Shown: positions 1-8,420, counted from the first letter of the stretch. The stretch: 64,000 bases of DNA from Candidatus Eiseniibacteriota bacterium (GCA_029262235.1 JAJCZU010000006.1:10934-74933); one strand, 5' to 3'. Numbers and translations are program-made. Notes: generated by a model from the sequence alone, not told the origin.

Positions 1-147
1 ACGCTGCTTGCTTCTCGAACCGGCGCGAACGGGCGCATTCGAAAGAAGAAGGGCCCGAAGAGCGACGTGGACCAGATTGCGGCCGTCCTCATTCTGCAGT
101 CGTTTCTCGATCGCCGTGCGAGCGAGGCCCGCGAGGACCGGACTTAG
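1..147 (+). CDS. ruvX: Holliday-junction resolvase-like RuvX/YqgF, C-terminal fragment (5' end outside window)
   Basis: Frame-1 translation ...KKKGPKSDVDQIAAVLILQSFLDRRASEAREDRT* matches the conserved C-terminal AA(V)ILQ(S/D)(Y/F)LD motif of YqgF/RuvX; stop TAG 145-147 overlaps the mltG ATG (TAGATG). Confidence 0.55.
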   Translation, partial: TLLASRTGANGRIRKKKGPKSDVDQIAAVLILQSFLDRRASEAREDRT

Positions 148-1167
148 ATGCGCGTCCTGTTCGCTCTCGGCATTCTGGCTCTCCTCGCGGCCATCGCGGC
201 GGGTTCCGGGTATTTCTGGTTCCAGCGCGAATTCGAAGAACCCGCGGGAGGCGGGGCGGACGAAGTCGTGACGCTCGAGATCCCCGAGGGGACCGGCTTT
301 CCGGCCGTCGCCGGGCTGCTGGCGGAGAAGGGCCTGATTCGGGCCGCGAAACCGTTCGTGTATTACGCGCGCTACCGTGAGGCCGATCGCAGCGTGAAGG
401 CCGGCTGGTATGAGATCCCGACTGCGCTCACGCCCGCGGAAGTCCTTTCGCTGCTCGTCGAGGGGCCGAATCTCTACGACCGCATCACGCTGCCTGAAGG
501 GCTCTGGCTCGCCGAGTCGATCGCGCTCCTTGCGAACGGACTTCAGCTCGACTCGCTCGTGCTCGATTCGCTCGCCCGGTCGCCCGGCTTTCAAGCCGCG
601 CGGGAGCTGCCCGGACCGACCCTCGAAGGCTACCTCTATCCTGAAACGTATCATTTCGGTCGCGGGGTCGATGAGGAGGCCGTGCTCTCGCACCTGGCGA
701 GGCAGTTTCACGCATTCTGGAATGACGTGCGGCGCGCCCGGGCCGAGGAGCTCGGCATGAGCGTTGCGGCTGTCACGACGCTGGCTTCGATCGTGGAGGC
801 GGAGGCGGTGATCGACGAAGAGCGCGCCCGGATCGCGGCCGTTTTTCACAACAGGCTCGACCGCGGGATGCTTCTGCAGGCCGATCCAACGGTGCAATAT
901 GCCCGCGGGAATCGCAAAAAGCTCTACTATCGGCACCTGGAGATCGATTCTCCTTACAATACGTATCGATACGGAGGGCTGCCCCCGTCTCCGATCTGCT
1001 CGCCGGGAGCGGCCGCGATGCACGCCACGCTCTACCCCCTGGAGGGGTGCCGGGACCTCTATTTCGTGGCCGCGCGGGACGGTTCCGGGCGGCATACCTT
1101 TTCGCGCACGATCCGGGAGCACAACCGGGCGCGGGAGGAAGCGGCCAGGGAGTCCAAATCTCCTTGA
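148..1167 (+). CDS. mltG: Endolytic murein transglycosylase MltG (YceG-like)
   Basis: 339 aa; N-terminal TM helix (LFALGILALLAAIAAGSGYFWF); YceG-family motifs (VTLEIPEGTG, AKPFVYYARY, GWYEIP, SIVEAEA, ERARIAAVFHNRL, LQADPTVQY, DSPYNTYRY.GLPP.PICSPG). Confidence 0.9.
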   Translation: MRVLFALGILALLAAIAAGSGYFWFQREFEEPAGGGADEVVTLEIPEGTGFPAVAGLLAEKGLIRAAKPFVYYARYREADRSVKAGWYEIPTALTPAEVLSLLVEGPNLYDRITLPEGLWLAESIALLANGLQLDSLVLDSLARSPGFQAARELPGPTLEGYLYPETYHFGRGVDEEAVLSHLARQFHAFWNDVRRARAEELGMSVAAVTTLASIVEAEAVIDEERARIAAVFHNRLDRGMLLQADPTVQYARGNRKKLYYRHLEIDSPYNTYRYGGLPPSPICSPGAAAMHATLYPLEGCRDLYFVAARDGSGRHTFSRTIREHNRAREEAARESKSP

Positions 1168-1199
1168 CCGGGGAAGGAAATCGCGTTCTAATCCCGCGT

Positions 1200-1409
1200 A
1201 TGGCCAAGCAAGGGAAATCACGACGGAGAAAGACCGGGACCGATAACTCGCTTCCGTTCACCAGCAAAAACTACATCCTATTCACGGCAGGCATTGTCTT
1301 GATCCTGCTTGGATATTTCTTCCTGAGCAGGAATTCCATCACCCTGGCCCCGATCCTCCTGGTCGCCGGCTACTGCGTTTTAATCCCGCTGGCGATCGCT
1401 CTTAAGTAG
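1200..1409 (+). CDS. Small two-helix membrane protein (hypothetical)
   Basis: In-frame ATG at 1200 within ORF 1047..1409; MAKQGKSRRRKTG... followed by two hydrophobic helices (ILFTAGIVLILLGYFFL / LAPILLVAGYCVLIPLAIAL); AT-richer than flanks. Confidence 0.4.
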   Translation: MAKQGKSRRRKTGTDNSLPFTSKNYILFTAGIVLILLGYFFLSRNSITLAPILLVAGYCVLIPLAIALK

Positions 1410-1431
1410 TTACATTGCAACGATTTGACTG

Positions 1432-1505
1432 GGGCGAGTAGCTCAGTTGGTTAGAGCGCCTGCCTTACACGCAGGAGGTCACAGGTTCGAGTCCTGTTTC
1501 GCCCA
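1432..1505 (+). tRNA. tRNA-Val (anticodon TAC)
   Basis: Cloverleaf by hand: acceptor GGGCGAG/TTCGCCC, D-arm AGCTCAGTTGGTTAGAGC, anticodon stem CCTGC/GCAGG with loop CTTACAC (TAC), T-arm ACAGG-TTCGAGT-CCTGT; 74 nt, CCA not encoded. Confidence 0.9.
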
Positions 1506-1903
1506 GATTTGCATTCTTTGCCCGGATCTTCAAGATACGCCTCCGTAACCGTTTAACGGTACCTTTGGATTGACTTCACCCGGTGTCTCTGGTAAGATTC
1601 TTGCCAATTCCAGAGGACAGAAAAGGTCACCGGAAACCACCGGGGAGATACGGTTTCGGGTTGACGGGTCCCAATGGAAATGGTAGAGTAGCCAATGCTA
1701 CGTTAGTGCGATTGAGTTCTCCCACAGTCAATTGCCGAAGTACAGCTGAGTCGCGAAAGGAGGTGCTGGGTAGCTCCGTCAAGAGCGGTTGTATTCAGTT
1801 ACGAGCCCAGAGTCCCCTTTACTACGTGGACTCAGGAAACTTTGGTTAGGATCACATCGTGCACGTTTTTCAAAAAATTGAGACTGCAGGAGGAATTGCT
1901 CTC

Positions 1904-2602
1904 ATGAAAAAAGTTTTGATGCTTGGCCTCGTAGCCGTCGCTACGCTCGGCCTCACGGGTTCCGCAATGGCGGGACTTCCCTGTGCTGCTTACTCGAGCG
2001 CCAGCTTCTCCATTGGCGGGACGGCTTGTGGCGACGCTGATGGTTTCTTCTCGTATCAGGGCAACAAGGCCACGATCGATATCTGCGTAACGGTCAATGA
2101 CTGCCTGCAGTCGCCGGTCGACACGTGCACGGTTCGCCTCGACTACGGCATCAAGTATGACGCCCAGGGCGATCTCAACGCCGGTACGAACGGTCGTGTC
2201 TGCGGAACGGGTTCCACCCTTGGCCAGACCAGCGCCAACGGCGTTGTCTGCTTCGAGCTTCTGCTCGGCGGCGGTGGCGCGGCTGTGCTCGACTGGACCG
2301 TGACGGCCCAGTGCGCGAGCCCGGAAGTGTTCCTCGCGGGCGCTTCGGATACGCTTTGCTACCGTGCGACGGACTTCAACGGCAGCGGGAACGTCAACTT
2401 CTTCGATACGTTCAAGTACCTGCCGCAGTTGAACTCGGGTGCCGGTTACACGGGTAACCTGAACTGCGCGCCTCCGGTCAACTTCTTCGATACGTTCCAG
2501 TACCTGCCGGACCTCAACGCGGGCGCGGCCTGTGTTGGCGGCAGCATCTTTGGTGCTGACGGAACGGCTGTGATCGGTGACTGCTCCGGTAAAATCAACT
2601 AG
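1904..2602 (+). CDS. Secreted Cys-rich hypothetical protein with two C-terminal dockerin/EF-hand-like calcium-binding loops
   Basis: RBS GGAGGA then ATG 1904; signal peptide MKKVLMLGLVAVATLGLTGSAMA; C-terminal repeats DFNGSGNVNFFDTFKYLPQLN and VNFFDTFQYLPDLN (nt 2372-2518) fit the dockerin-type loop D-x-N-G-x-G-x-V-N-x-x-D; followed by a rho-independent terminator. Confidence 0.6.
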   Translation: MKKVLMLGLVAVATLGLTGSAMAGLPCAAYSSASFSIGGTACGDADGFFSYQGNKATIDICVTVNDCLQSPVDTCTVRLDYGIKYDAQGDLNAGTNGRVCGTGSTLGQTSANGVVCFELLLGGGGAAVLDWTVTAQCASPEVFLAGASDTLCYRATDFNGSGNVNFFDTFKYLPQLNSGAGYTGNLNCAPPVNFFDTFQYLPDLNAGAACVGGSIFGADGTAVIGDCSGKIN

Positions 2603-2646
2603 AGCGAGGATCCCGTCTTAGCAACTGTCTGCTGAAGACTCCGGAA

Positions 2647-2680
2647 CCGGCCCTTCTCGTAAGAGAGGGGCCGGTTTTTT
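2647..2680 (+). terminator. Rho-independent terminator after the 1904..2602 gene
   Basis: 12-bp GC-rich stem CCGGCCCTTCTC/GAGAGGGGCCGG, loop GTAA, then TTTTTT. Confidence 0.75.
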
Positions 2681-3069
2681 GTTGTCGTGGCGGAGGCCCT
2701 GGATACACAGGATCCGCGCCTTGCGCAGTCTCGTCCGACTCGTAATGCCTTTGACGGACACGACCGATATTTGCTATAGTAGTGCAAGGCTGAATTCGAG
2801 GCTCGAACCCGAAGGAGGTGGTGGAACACGAACTAACGGCTACTACCATCTCGGGCCCTTCCAGGCCCGGCGCGGCGGACATGAGCTCCGCCGGCGACTC
2901 GAATCCGCAGGAAAACACGCTATAGCGGAGTACCTGCGGTTTGCACCACGGATCGAGACCGGTTCCTGATCGTTTTCGATCCAATAAGTTATTGAATAAC
3001 ATCACGTTATCAAGAGCTTGCCGGGAGTGCTGATAATCGGAAAAATATGGATCGATCAGCATTTTCCAG

Positions 3070-3099
3070 TTGACTTGAGGCGGTTCAGAAGTCTATACT
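3070..3099 (+). promoter_or_regulatory. Sigma-70-like promoter candidate for the 3268 gene
   Basis: TTGACT (3070-3075), 18-nt spacer, TATACT (3094-3099), in a 660-bp AT-richer intergenic region; an inverted repeat GGTGAC-N2-GTCACC follows at 3115-3128. Confidence 0.4.
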
Positions 3100-3267
3100 T
3101 CTTTCAACCGTTAAGGTGACGTGTCACCAGAGACGGCCTGAGTGTCAGGGAAGCATTTCAGGCGTGTCTGGCGAGCGGTTCTACGATGGATGGGTCCCCG
3201 GAGTAGATCACGGCACGTATTTTTCAAAGTCAGTTCTCGATAACTGATGGAAGGAGTTCAGAAGAAC

Positions 3268-3801
3268 ATGAAGAAGGCTTTAGTATTAGGCGCTGCTCTG
3301 CTGATGTTCGCTGGTGTTGCCAGCGCACAGTACAGTGTCGAACTTGACCAGAATGCGACGCTGGGCGATGGCCCGGACTTCGCGGCGGCCGTTCCGGCCG
3401 GCGCCGTTGCCATTGATGCTTGGATTACGGGACAGGCGTCCTTCGTCTACTCCGGTAACTTCACGCTCAGCCATGCCGGCCCGGCCACGTGGAATCCGTA
3501 CACGCATGCTACGGGTTGGACGACGACCCCCGATCAGAACCAGGGTGGAAACGACTGGCTCGTCCAGGCGACCGACTTCGGTTTTGGCGGTCTGGTTCCG
3601 CCGTTCCTTCATGGTACGGCCAACTACACGTATGACGGTCCGGTCGGCATCGTGACGGTTTCCGTCGTGCAGCCGAACGGCTGGTTCGACTCGAGCTTCA
3701 CCTCGGGTCCGTTCACGAACAACACCGGCGCGTCCTTCGGTATCGGCGTCACCGCCACCGAAGAAACGAGCTGGGGTGCGGTCAAAGATCTGTTCCGGTA
3801 G
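3268..3801 (+). CDS. Secreted hypothetical protein with conserved C-terminal ...EETSWGAVKDLFR tail (family member 1)
   Basis: RBS GGAAGGA then ATG 3268; signal peptide MKKALVLGAALLMFAGVASAQ; Gly/Thr/Asn-rich mature region; ends TATEETSWGAVKDLFR*; own promoter and terminator. Confidence 0.7.
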   Translation: MKKALVLGAALLMFAGVASAQYSVELDQNATLGDGPDFAAAVPAGAVAIDAWITGQASFVYSGNFTLSHAGPATWNPYTHATGWTTTPDQNQGGNDWLVQATDFGFGGLVPPFLHGTANYTYDGPVGIVTVSVVQPNGWFDSSFTSGPFTNNTGASFGIGVTATEETSWGAVKDLFR

Positions 3802-3830
3802 ATCTGAGACTGGCTTTTGCTAGTTCGAAA

Positions 3831-3861
3831 GGCGGCCTTCTTCGGAAGGCCGCCTTTTTTT
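3831..3861 (+). terminator. Rho-independent terminator
   Basis: GGCGGCCTTC-TTCG-GAAGGCCGCC hairpin followed by TTTTTTT. Confidence 0.8.
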
Positions 3862-3927
3862 GTGCCCGTACTGTTTCCTCTGCCGGCGGCGTCAAGCCCG
3901 GCCGCCCTCGAAATTCCTAATTTCCCG

Positions 3928-3956
3928 TTGACACCCCACGTCCTGATTCCTATAGT
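3928..3956 (+). promoter_or_regulatory. Sigma-70-like promoter candidate for the 4039 gene
   Basis: TTGACA (3928-3933), 17-nt spacer, TATAGT (3951-3956); about 80 nt upstream of RBS AAGGAGA. Confidence 0.45.
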
Positions 3957-4038
3957 AGGCCAGTCTATTTATGTCGTACCAAACCTTCGGGAGAGCGGAA
4001 CGTTTTCCTCAGTTCTACAGGAAAGGAGACGGTCACCC

Positions 4039-4680
4039 ATGAGCGGCCGAATCAATTACAAATCGATGTTCGCGGGGATCGGGTGCGCCCTTCTCTTCAG
4101 TGTTGCGGGCGCTTCCGCTGATGTTTTCATCGGCATGGACGAGGACGCCGACCTCGAGTGCTCGACGGACGAAATGATCAAGAACAGCGCAACGGCCATG
4201 AACGATCAGCAGATCGACATCTTCTTCGAGGGAGATAATCTCTACTCGGCGAATTGCACGTTCTGCATCGAGGACGCGGCGACGATCTCTCTCGACACGG
4301 TCATTGCCACGGTGCCGGGGGCCTGGACCATTACAGATCTGCAGAACTCGGAAGACACTCCGGGTATGTCAGTCGCAGACTGGATCAAGACGGCCTATCC
4401 GAGTTACAAGTGCTGGCTCTTCCAGTCGACGGACTTCTCGTTCGGAAGCCCGATCGGCCCGGGCGCGGTGAAGATCGCCGAAGTGCACTACGACATCTTG
4501 ACGTCGGGTCGCCTCGGTTTCCATATCGACGGCGCGAACAGCGGCTGGTTCACGACGGCATTCGTGTCGGGGTCATGCGCCGAACCGCCGGGGAGCGCCA
4601 CGTGCAAGTGCTTCACGGGCACAGGCGCCACGAGCTCCGAAGAGTCGAGCTGGAGTGCGGTGAAACAGATCTTCCGCTAG
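4039..4680 (+). CDS. Secreted hypothetical protein with conserved C-terminal ...EESSWSAVKQIFR tail (family member 2, paralogue of 3268..3801)
   Basis: RBS GAAAGGAGA then ATG 4039 (the ORF extension from 3817 runs through the upstream terminator and is rejected); signal peptide ...MFAGIGCALLFSVAGASA; shares TDF(G/S)FG and (N)GWF..F.SG blocks with the 3268 protein; ends TSSEESSWSAVKQIFR*. Confidence 0.7.
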   Translation: MSGRINYKSMFAGIGCALLFSVAGASADVFIGMDEDADLECSTDEMIKNSATAMNDQQIDIFFEGDNLYSANCTFCIEDAATISLDTVIATVPGAWTITDLQNSEDTPGMSVADWIKTAYPSYKCWLFQSTDFSFGSPIGPGAVKIAEVHYDILTSGRLGFHIDGANSGWFTTAFVSGSCAEPPGSATCKCFTGTGATSSEESSWSAVKQIFR

Positions 4681-4704
4681 ATTTTGCTATTCTGATTGCA
4701 TGGA

Positions 4705-4736
4705 AAGAGCCTTCCTTCGGGGAGGCTCTTTTTTTA
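4705..4736 (+). terminator. Rho-independent terminator
   Basis: AAAGAGCCTTCC-TTCG-GGGAGGCTCTTT hairpin then TTTTTTT. Confidence 0.7.
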
Positions 4737-4746
4737 TGATGGAGAC

Positions 4747-7119
4747 ATGAGCATGATGCCCAGCAGAAAGCCTTCCGGTTCCGTCAGCCTGCCACGGCGC
4801 GCCATCCGCGCGGCCGTCGCGATCGTGTTCCTGCCCGCGCTGATGCTGTCCGGTGCGGGGTGCGGCGGGGGAGACGACGGACGCCCCCTTTCCCTGATCG
4901 TGATTTCCATCGACACGATGCGGCCGTCGCGGCTCGGCTGCTACGGAAACGATGCGATCGAAACGCCGCACATCGATCAGCTCGCCGCGCGCGGGGCGCG
5001 CTTTACGAACTGCATGGCGAGCGCGCCTCTCACTCTTCCGAGTCACGCCTCGATCCTGACAGGCCAGTATCCGTTCCGCCATCGCGTGCGGAACAACGGT
5101 CGGTACGTGCTGGGCGACGAACGCGAGAGCATCGCGGAAATATTGAAGCACAAAGGATATGAAACGGCGGCGTTCGTCGGCGCGTTTCCCCTGGCCGCGA
5201 AGTTCGGCCTCTCGCAGGGATTCGATCGCTATGACGACGAGTTTCAGGAAGCGATCAACAAGGTGCAGGAATACGAGGAGCGCAGCGCGGACCGCGTGGT
5301 CGACGCGGCGCTCGCGTGGCTCGATGAAAAGGGCGAGGAAGACATGTTCCTGTTCGTCCATTTCTTCGATCCGCATTTCCGCTACGAGCCGCCGGAACCG
5401 TTCCTCACGAAGTACGCGTCGAATCCGTATGATGGCGAGGTCGCGTTCGTGGATCAGGAAATCGGCCGACTGCTTGCCGCACTGCGCGAGAAGGGGATCG
5501 ATCGTCGCGCGTTGATCGTGCTGACGGGGGACCACGGGGAGTCGTTCGGCGAGCATGGCGAGATGTCGCATGCGATCTTCGTCTATGACGCCACGATTCG
5601 AGTACCGCTTGTCCTTTTGTGGCCCGATCGAGTATCGGAATCGATTCCCTGGGCGCGCGGCTCCGTAGTGGACGATCTCGTGCGCACGATCGACATCGCC
5701 CCCACGGCGCTTGCGCTGCTGGAAGCCCCGCCTCTGGCGGAAGCCCAGGGCGTGAATCTGTCCCGGCCCGGAGCACTCGGTACGATCGAGAACGCGTACT
5801 CGGAATCGTTCGCCTCGAAGGAAGACTACGGGTGGAGCCCGCTCCGTTCGATCCGGACGCCCGAGTGGAAGTACGTCATGGCGCCGCGGCCCGAACTCTA
5901 CGATCTCGTGAACGACCCGGGCGAAACGGTCAACCGGATCGACGAAGAGACGGCCATCGCCGAACGCCTTGCCTCGGAACTCCAGGCCTGGGTGACGGAA
6001 GACAAGAGCCGCGGTACGAATGAGGCGAAGCCGCTCGACGATGAAACGCGCGCGAAACTGGAAGCGCTCGGCTATGCGACCCGAGGCGGCAATCCCCGCG
6101 TAAGCGAGGCGGCGCTGCCGGACCCGAAGGACCGTATCGGAATTGCGGACGAGGTGTATGACGCGGAGGGACTCTCGACCGCCGGCCGGTACGACGAGGC
6201 GATCGCGATGCTCGAGGATATCCTGGCGCGGGACGCTTCCAATCACCGCGCCTGGAAGCTGCTCGGGGACGCGTACATGCAGGTCGGCGATCTTGCGTCG
6301 GCCCGCAAGGCTCTCGACAAAGGGCTGGAGACCGAACCGGACAATCCGTTTCTGCTCATCTCCGATGCGCACTTCTATTCGCTGAGCGGCGACTACGACA
6401 CTTCGAACGAAATCCTCCGCGCGGTCATCGCGATGCATCCGAAGCACGAGGGAGTGCACGGATTGATCGCCGAAAACTACATGGCGGTCGAAGACTGGGA
6501 AGGTGCGATCCGCGAAGCCGTCATGGAAACGGAGAAGAACCCGGCTTCCGTTTCATCATGGAACAGTTTAGGTGCGGTCTATTCCCTTTCCGGCGACCAG
6601 GACCGCGCGATCGAAACGTTCCGCCACGCGATCGAAGTCGATCCGACCGACGCGCGGTCGCACTTCAATCTAGGCAACGTCCACATGGACCGGGGAGAGT
6701 CCGATCGCGCGATCGCGTCGTATCAGGAGGCTTTGCGCGTGGATCCGGGCTTTGTCGAGGCCTATCAGAACTGGTCCTACATCGAGGCCGAGGCGGGGCG
6801 CATGGAGAAGGCGGTTACGCTGCTGCAGAAAGCGATTCGCGTCGATCCGACCTACTCGAACTCCTACCTGCTTCTCGGGAACCTGAGCCGGAAGGCGCGC
6901 GCCTACGACGCTGCCATCAAACACTACCGAACCGGCCTTCACTACGACCCGCGCAATCAGGACCTGCTGCTGGGGCTCGGTACGGCGCTGGCCAACACCG
7001 GCCGCCTCGAAGAGGCGATCCCCGCATGGCAGGAAGCGATCGCGATTGCGCCGGGGACGCAGGCCGCGCGCGCCGCGGCGGCCAACATGGCAACCGCGCG
7101 CGCGAGTATGGGAAGGTGA
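4747..7119 (+). CDS. Sulfatase-like hydrolase/transferase (alkaline-phosphatase superfamily, Thr-type nucleophile) fused to a C-terminal TPR-repeat domain; probable lipoprotein
   Basis: Start ATG 4747 (MSMMPSRK...) chosen after the terminator; lipobox-like LSGAGC; PF00884-type N-terminal domain (LIVISIDTMRPSRLGCYGN...PHIDQLAARGARFTN...SHASILTGQYP, later LTGDHGESFGEHG) with no Cys/Ser-x-P-x-R FGly motif; C-terminal ~310 aa are TPR repeats (AWKLLGDAYMQVGDLASARKALDKGLETEPDN etc.). Confidence 0.75.
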   Translation: MSMMPSRKPSGSVSLPRRAIRAAVAIVFLPALMLSGAGCGGGDDGRPLSLIVISIDTMRPSRLGCYGNDAIETPHIDQLAARGARFTNCMASAPLTLPSHASILTGQYPFRHRVRNNGRYVLGDERESIAEILKHKGYETAAFVGAFPLAAKFGLSQGFDRYDDEFQEAINKVQEYEERSADRVVDAALAWLDEKGEEDMFLFVHFFDPHFRYEPPEPFLTKYASNPYDGEVAFVDQEIGRLLAALREKGIDRRALIVLTGDHGESFGEHGEMSHAIFVYDATIRVPLVLLWPDRVSESIPWARGSVVDDLVRTIDIAPTALALLEAPPLAEAQGVNLSRPGALGTIENAYSESFASKEDYGWSPLRSIRTPEWKYVMAPRPELYDLVNDPGETVNRIDEETAIAERLASELQAWVTEDKSRGTNEAKPLDDETRAKLEALGYATRGGNPRVSEAALPDPKDRIGIADEVYDAEGLSTAGRYDEAIAMLEDILARDASNHRAWKLLGDAYMQVGDLASARKALDKGLETEPDNPFLLISDAHFYSLSGDYDTSNEILRAVIAMHPKHEGVHGLIAENYMAVEDWEGAIREAVMETEKNPASVSSWNSLGAVYSLSGDQDRAIETFRHAIEVDPTDARSHFNLGNVHMDRGESDRAIASYQEALRVDPGFVEAYQNWSYIEAEAGRMEKAVTLLQKAIRVDPTYSNSYLLLGNLSRKARAYDAAIKHYRTGLHYDPRNQDLLLGLGTALANTGRLEEAIPAWQEAIAIAPGTQAARAAAANMATARASMGR

Positions 7120-7124
7120 CACGG

Positions 7125-8420
7125 ATGCGATTGAAATGGTTTGCATGCGCATTCCTGGCGCTGGCGGTCTTGACCGCACCGTCCCGGGCCCGGGGGGATG
7201 TCCTTCTGGAGGCGCGACAACTCGTCTTTGCGGGTGATCGCGAAGCGGCGCGCACGCTGCTGGAAGAACAGTTGCGGAAAACCCCCGGCGACCCCGATGT
7301 CCATCTCACGTATGCATTCGTGCGGGGCGCTCTCGGCGAACGCGCCGAGGTACGGTCCGAATACGTGAACCTTCTGCGTGGCGATCCGGACAATCCGATC
7401 TATGCGGTCACGATGCTTTCCGTTTCCCCGCCGTCGCAGTTCGTTACCCGCACGTTCGCCCGACTCCTCGAAAAGAACCCGGAGTTTGCGCCCGGGTGGG
7501 AAGAGTGGGGCCGTTTTCACCTGATCAACTGGAATCCGGCGGAGGCCATTCCGCAGCTCGAGCGCGCCATCGCCCTCGCGCCCGGGCGCACGCGCTCGCT
7601 CCTTTATCTGGGGCTGGCGCACCGCACCCTGGGCGATTTCATGCCGGAGATCCGCTATCTCTCGCAGGCGTTTCAGGCCGATTCGCTCGACGCGCAGATT
7701 CGCGCCGAGTGGGCGTTCACGATTCTCGACCGCGGCGATCCGGCGCTTGCCCTGCGGGTTCTGGAGCCGCTGCTGGGGGGGAGCGTCGAGGACGACTACC
7801 CGTTCGTGATCGCGGCCGCGGCCCACGCGCATCTCGGCGAAACGGCTCTCTCGGAAGCGCGGAAGCGCGAAGCGGAGAGCAGGAATCCGAACCTGCTGCG
7901 CGACATTCTGCATCGCGGCATCCAGTTTCGCAACGTCGCGCAGGGGCGCGAGGCAGAGCGGATGTTTCGCCTCGCGCTCGATCTCGACCCGCACTACGAC
8001 AAAGCCGCCGTACAGCTCGGCATTCTGCTCATGAACCGCGGCCAGTTCGCGGAGGCACGAAAGACTTTCGAAGACCTGGTAGGGACACCGGCGGGCAGGA
8101 CGGACGCCGTGTCATGGAAGCATCTCGGCGTCTGTGCCGCGGAGCTCGGGAAACAGGAAGTCGCGCTGGCGCACTTCGACACGGCCCTCGCGATCGATCC
8201 CGATCTCGTGGCCGCCCGGTCGGAACGTGCCCGGGCACTGACACGGCTCGAGCGATTCGACGAAGCGGCAGACGAATGGGAGCGCGTGATCGATCGGGAT
8301 CCTCTCGGCTGGGTCGCGGCCGAGGCGCGCCGATCGATCAGCCCTTTGCGCAGGGGAGAAGCGCCACCTGCGATCGAGCCGCAGAACGAGGGGATCAAGC
8401 CCCCGACCGGGGTCCGCTGA
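7125..8420 (+). CDS. TPR-repeat protein, secreted/periplasmic
   Basis: ATG 7125 (MRLKWFACAFLALAVLTAPSRARG signal peptide) just after the upstream stop; the 6558..7124 ORF extension overlaps the sulfatase gene in another frame and is rejected; multiple TPR-like helix pairs. Confidence 0.65.
   Translation: MRLKWFACAFLALAVLTAPSRARGDVLLEARQLVFAGDREAARTLLEEQLRKTPGDPDVHLTYAFVRGALGERAEVRSEYVNLLRGDPDNPIYAVTMLSVSPPSQFVTRTFARLLEKNPEFAPGWEEWGRFHLINWNPAEAIPQLERAIALAPGRTRSLLYLGLAHRTLGDFMPEIRYLSQAFQADSLDAQIRAEWAFTILDRGDPALALRVLEPLLGGSVEDDYPFVIAAAAHAHLGETALSEARKREAESRNPNLLRDILHRGIQFRNVAQGREAERMFRLALDLDPHYDKAAVQLGILLMNRGQFAEARKTFEDLVGTPAGRTDAVSWKHLGVCAAELGKQEVALAHFDTALAIDPDLVAARSERARALTRLERFDEAADEWERVIDRDPLGWVAAEARRSISPLRRGEAPPAIEPQNEGIKPPTGVR

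Noticed and set aside
1583-1849. 88-aa ORF in the tRNA-Val-proximal intergenic region
   Set aside because: Atypical composition, no RBS, no recognisable features. Treated as non-coding (see finding on possible ncRNA).
3817-4038. N-terminal extension of ORF 3817..4680
   Set aside because: It would start inside the upstream terminator hairpin and lacks an RBS. ATG 4039 has RBS GAAAGGAGA and begins a signal peptide.
4687-6459. 590-aa reverse-strand ORF over the sulfatase-TPR gene, and similar antisense ORFs at 6957..7994, 11446..12633, 14340..15734, 16876..17838 and 19733..20854
   Set aside because: Each lies antisense to a + strand gene with strong family motifs. None has a signal or domain pattern.
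6558-7124. N-terminal 189 codons of ORF 6558..8420 overlapping the sulfatase-TPR gene in another frame
   Set aside because: Translation is Arg/Pro-rich nonsense. A good signal peptide begins at ATG 7125 right after the upstream stop.
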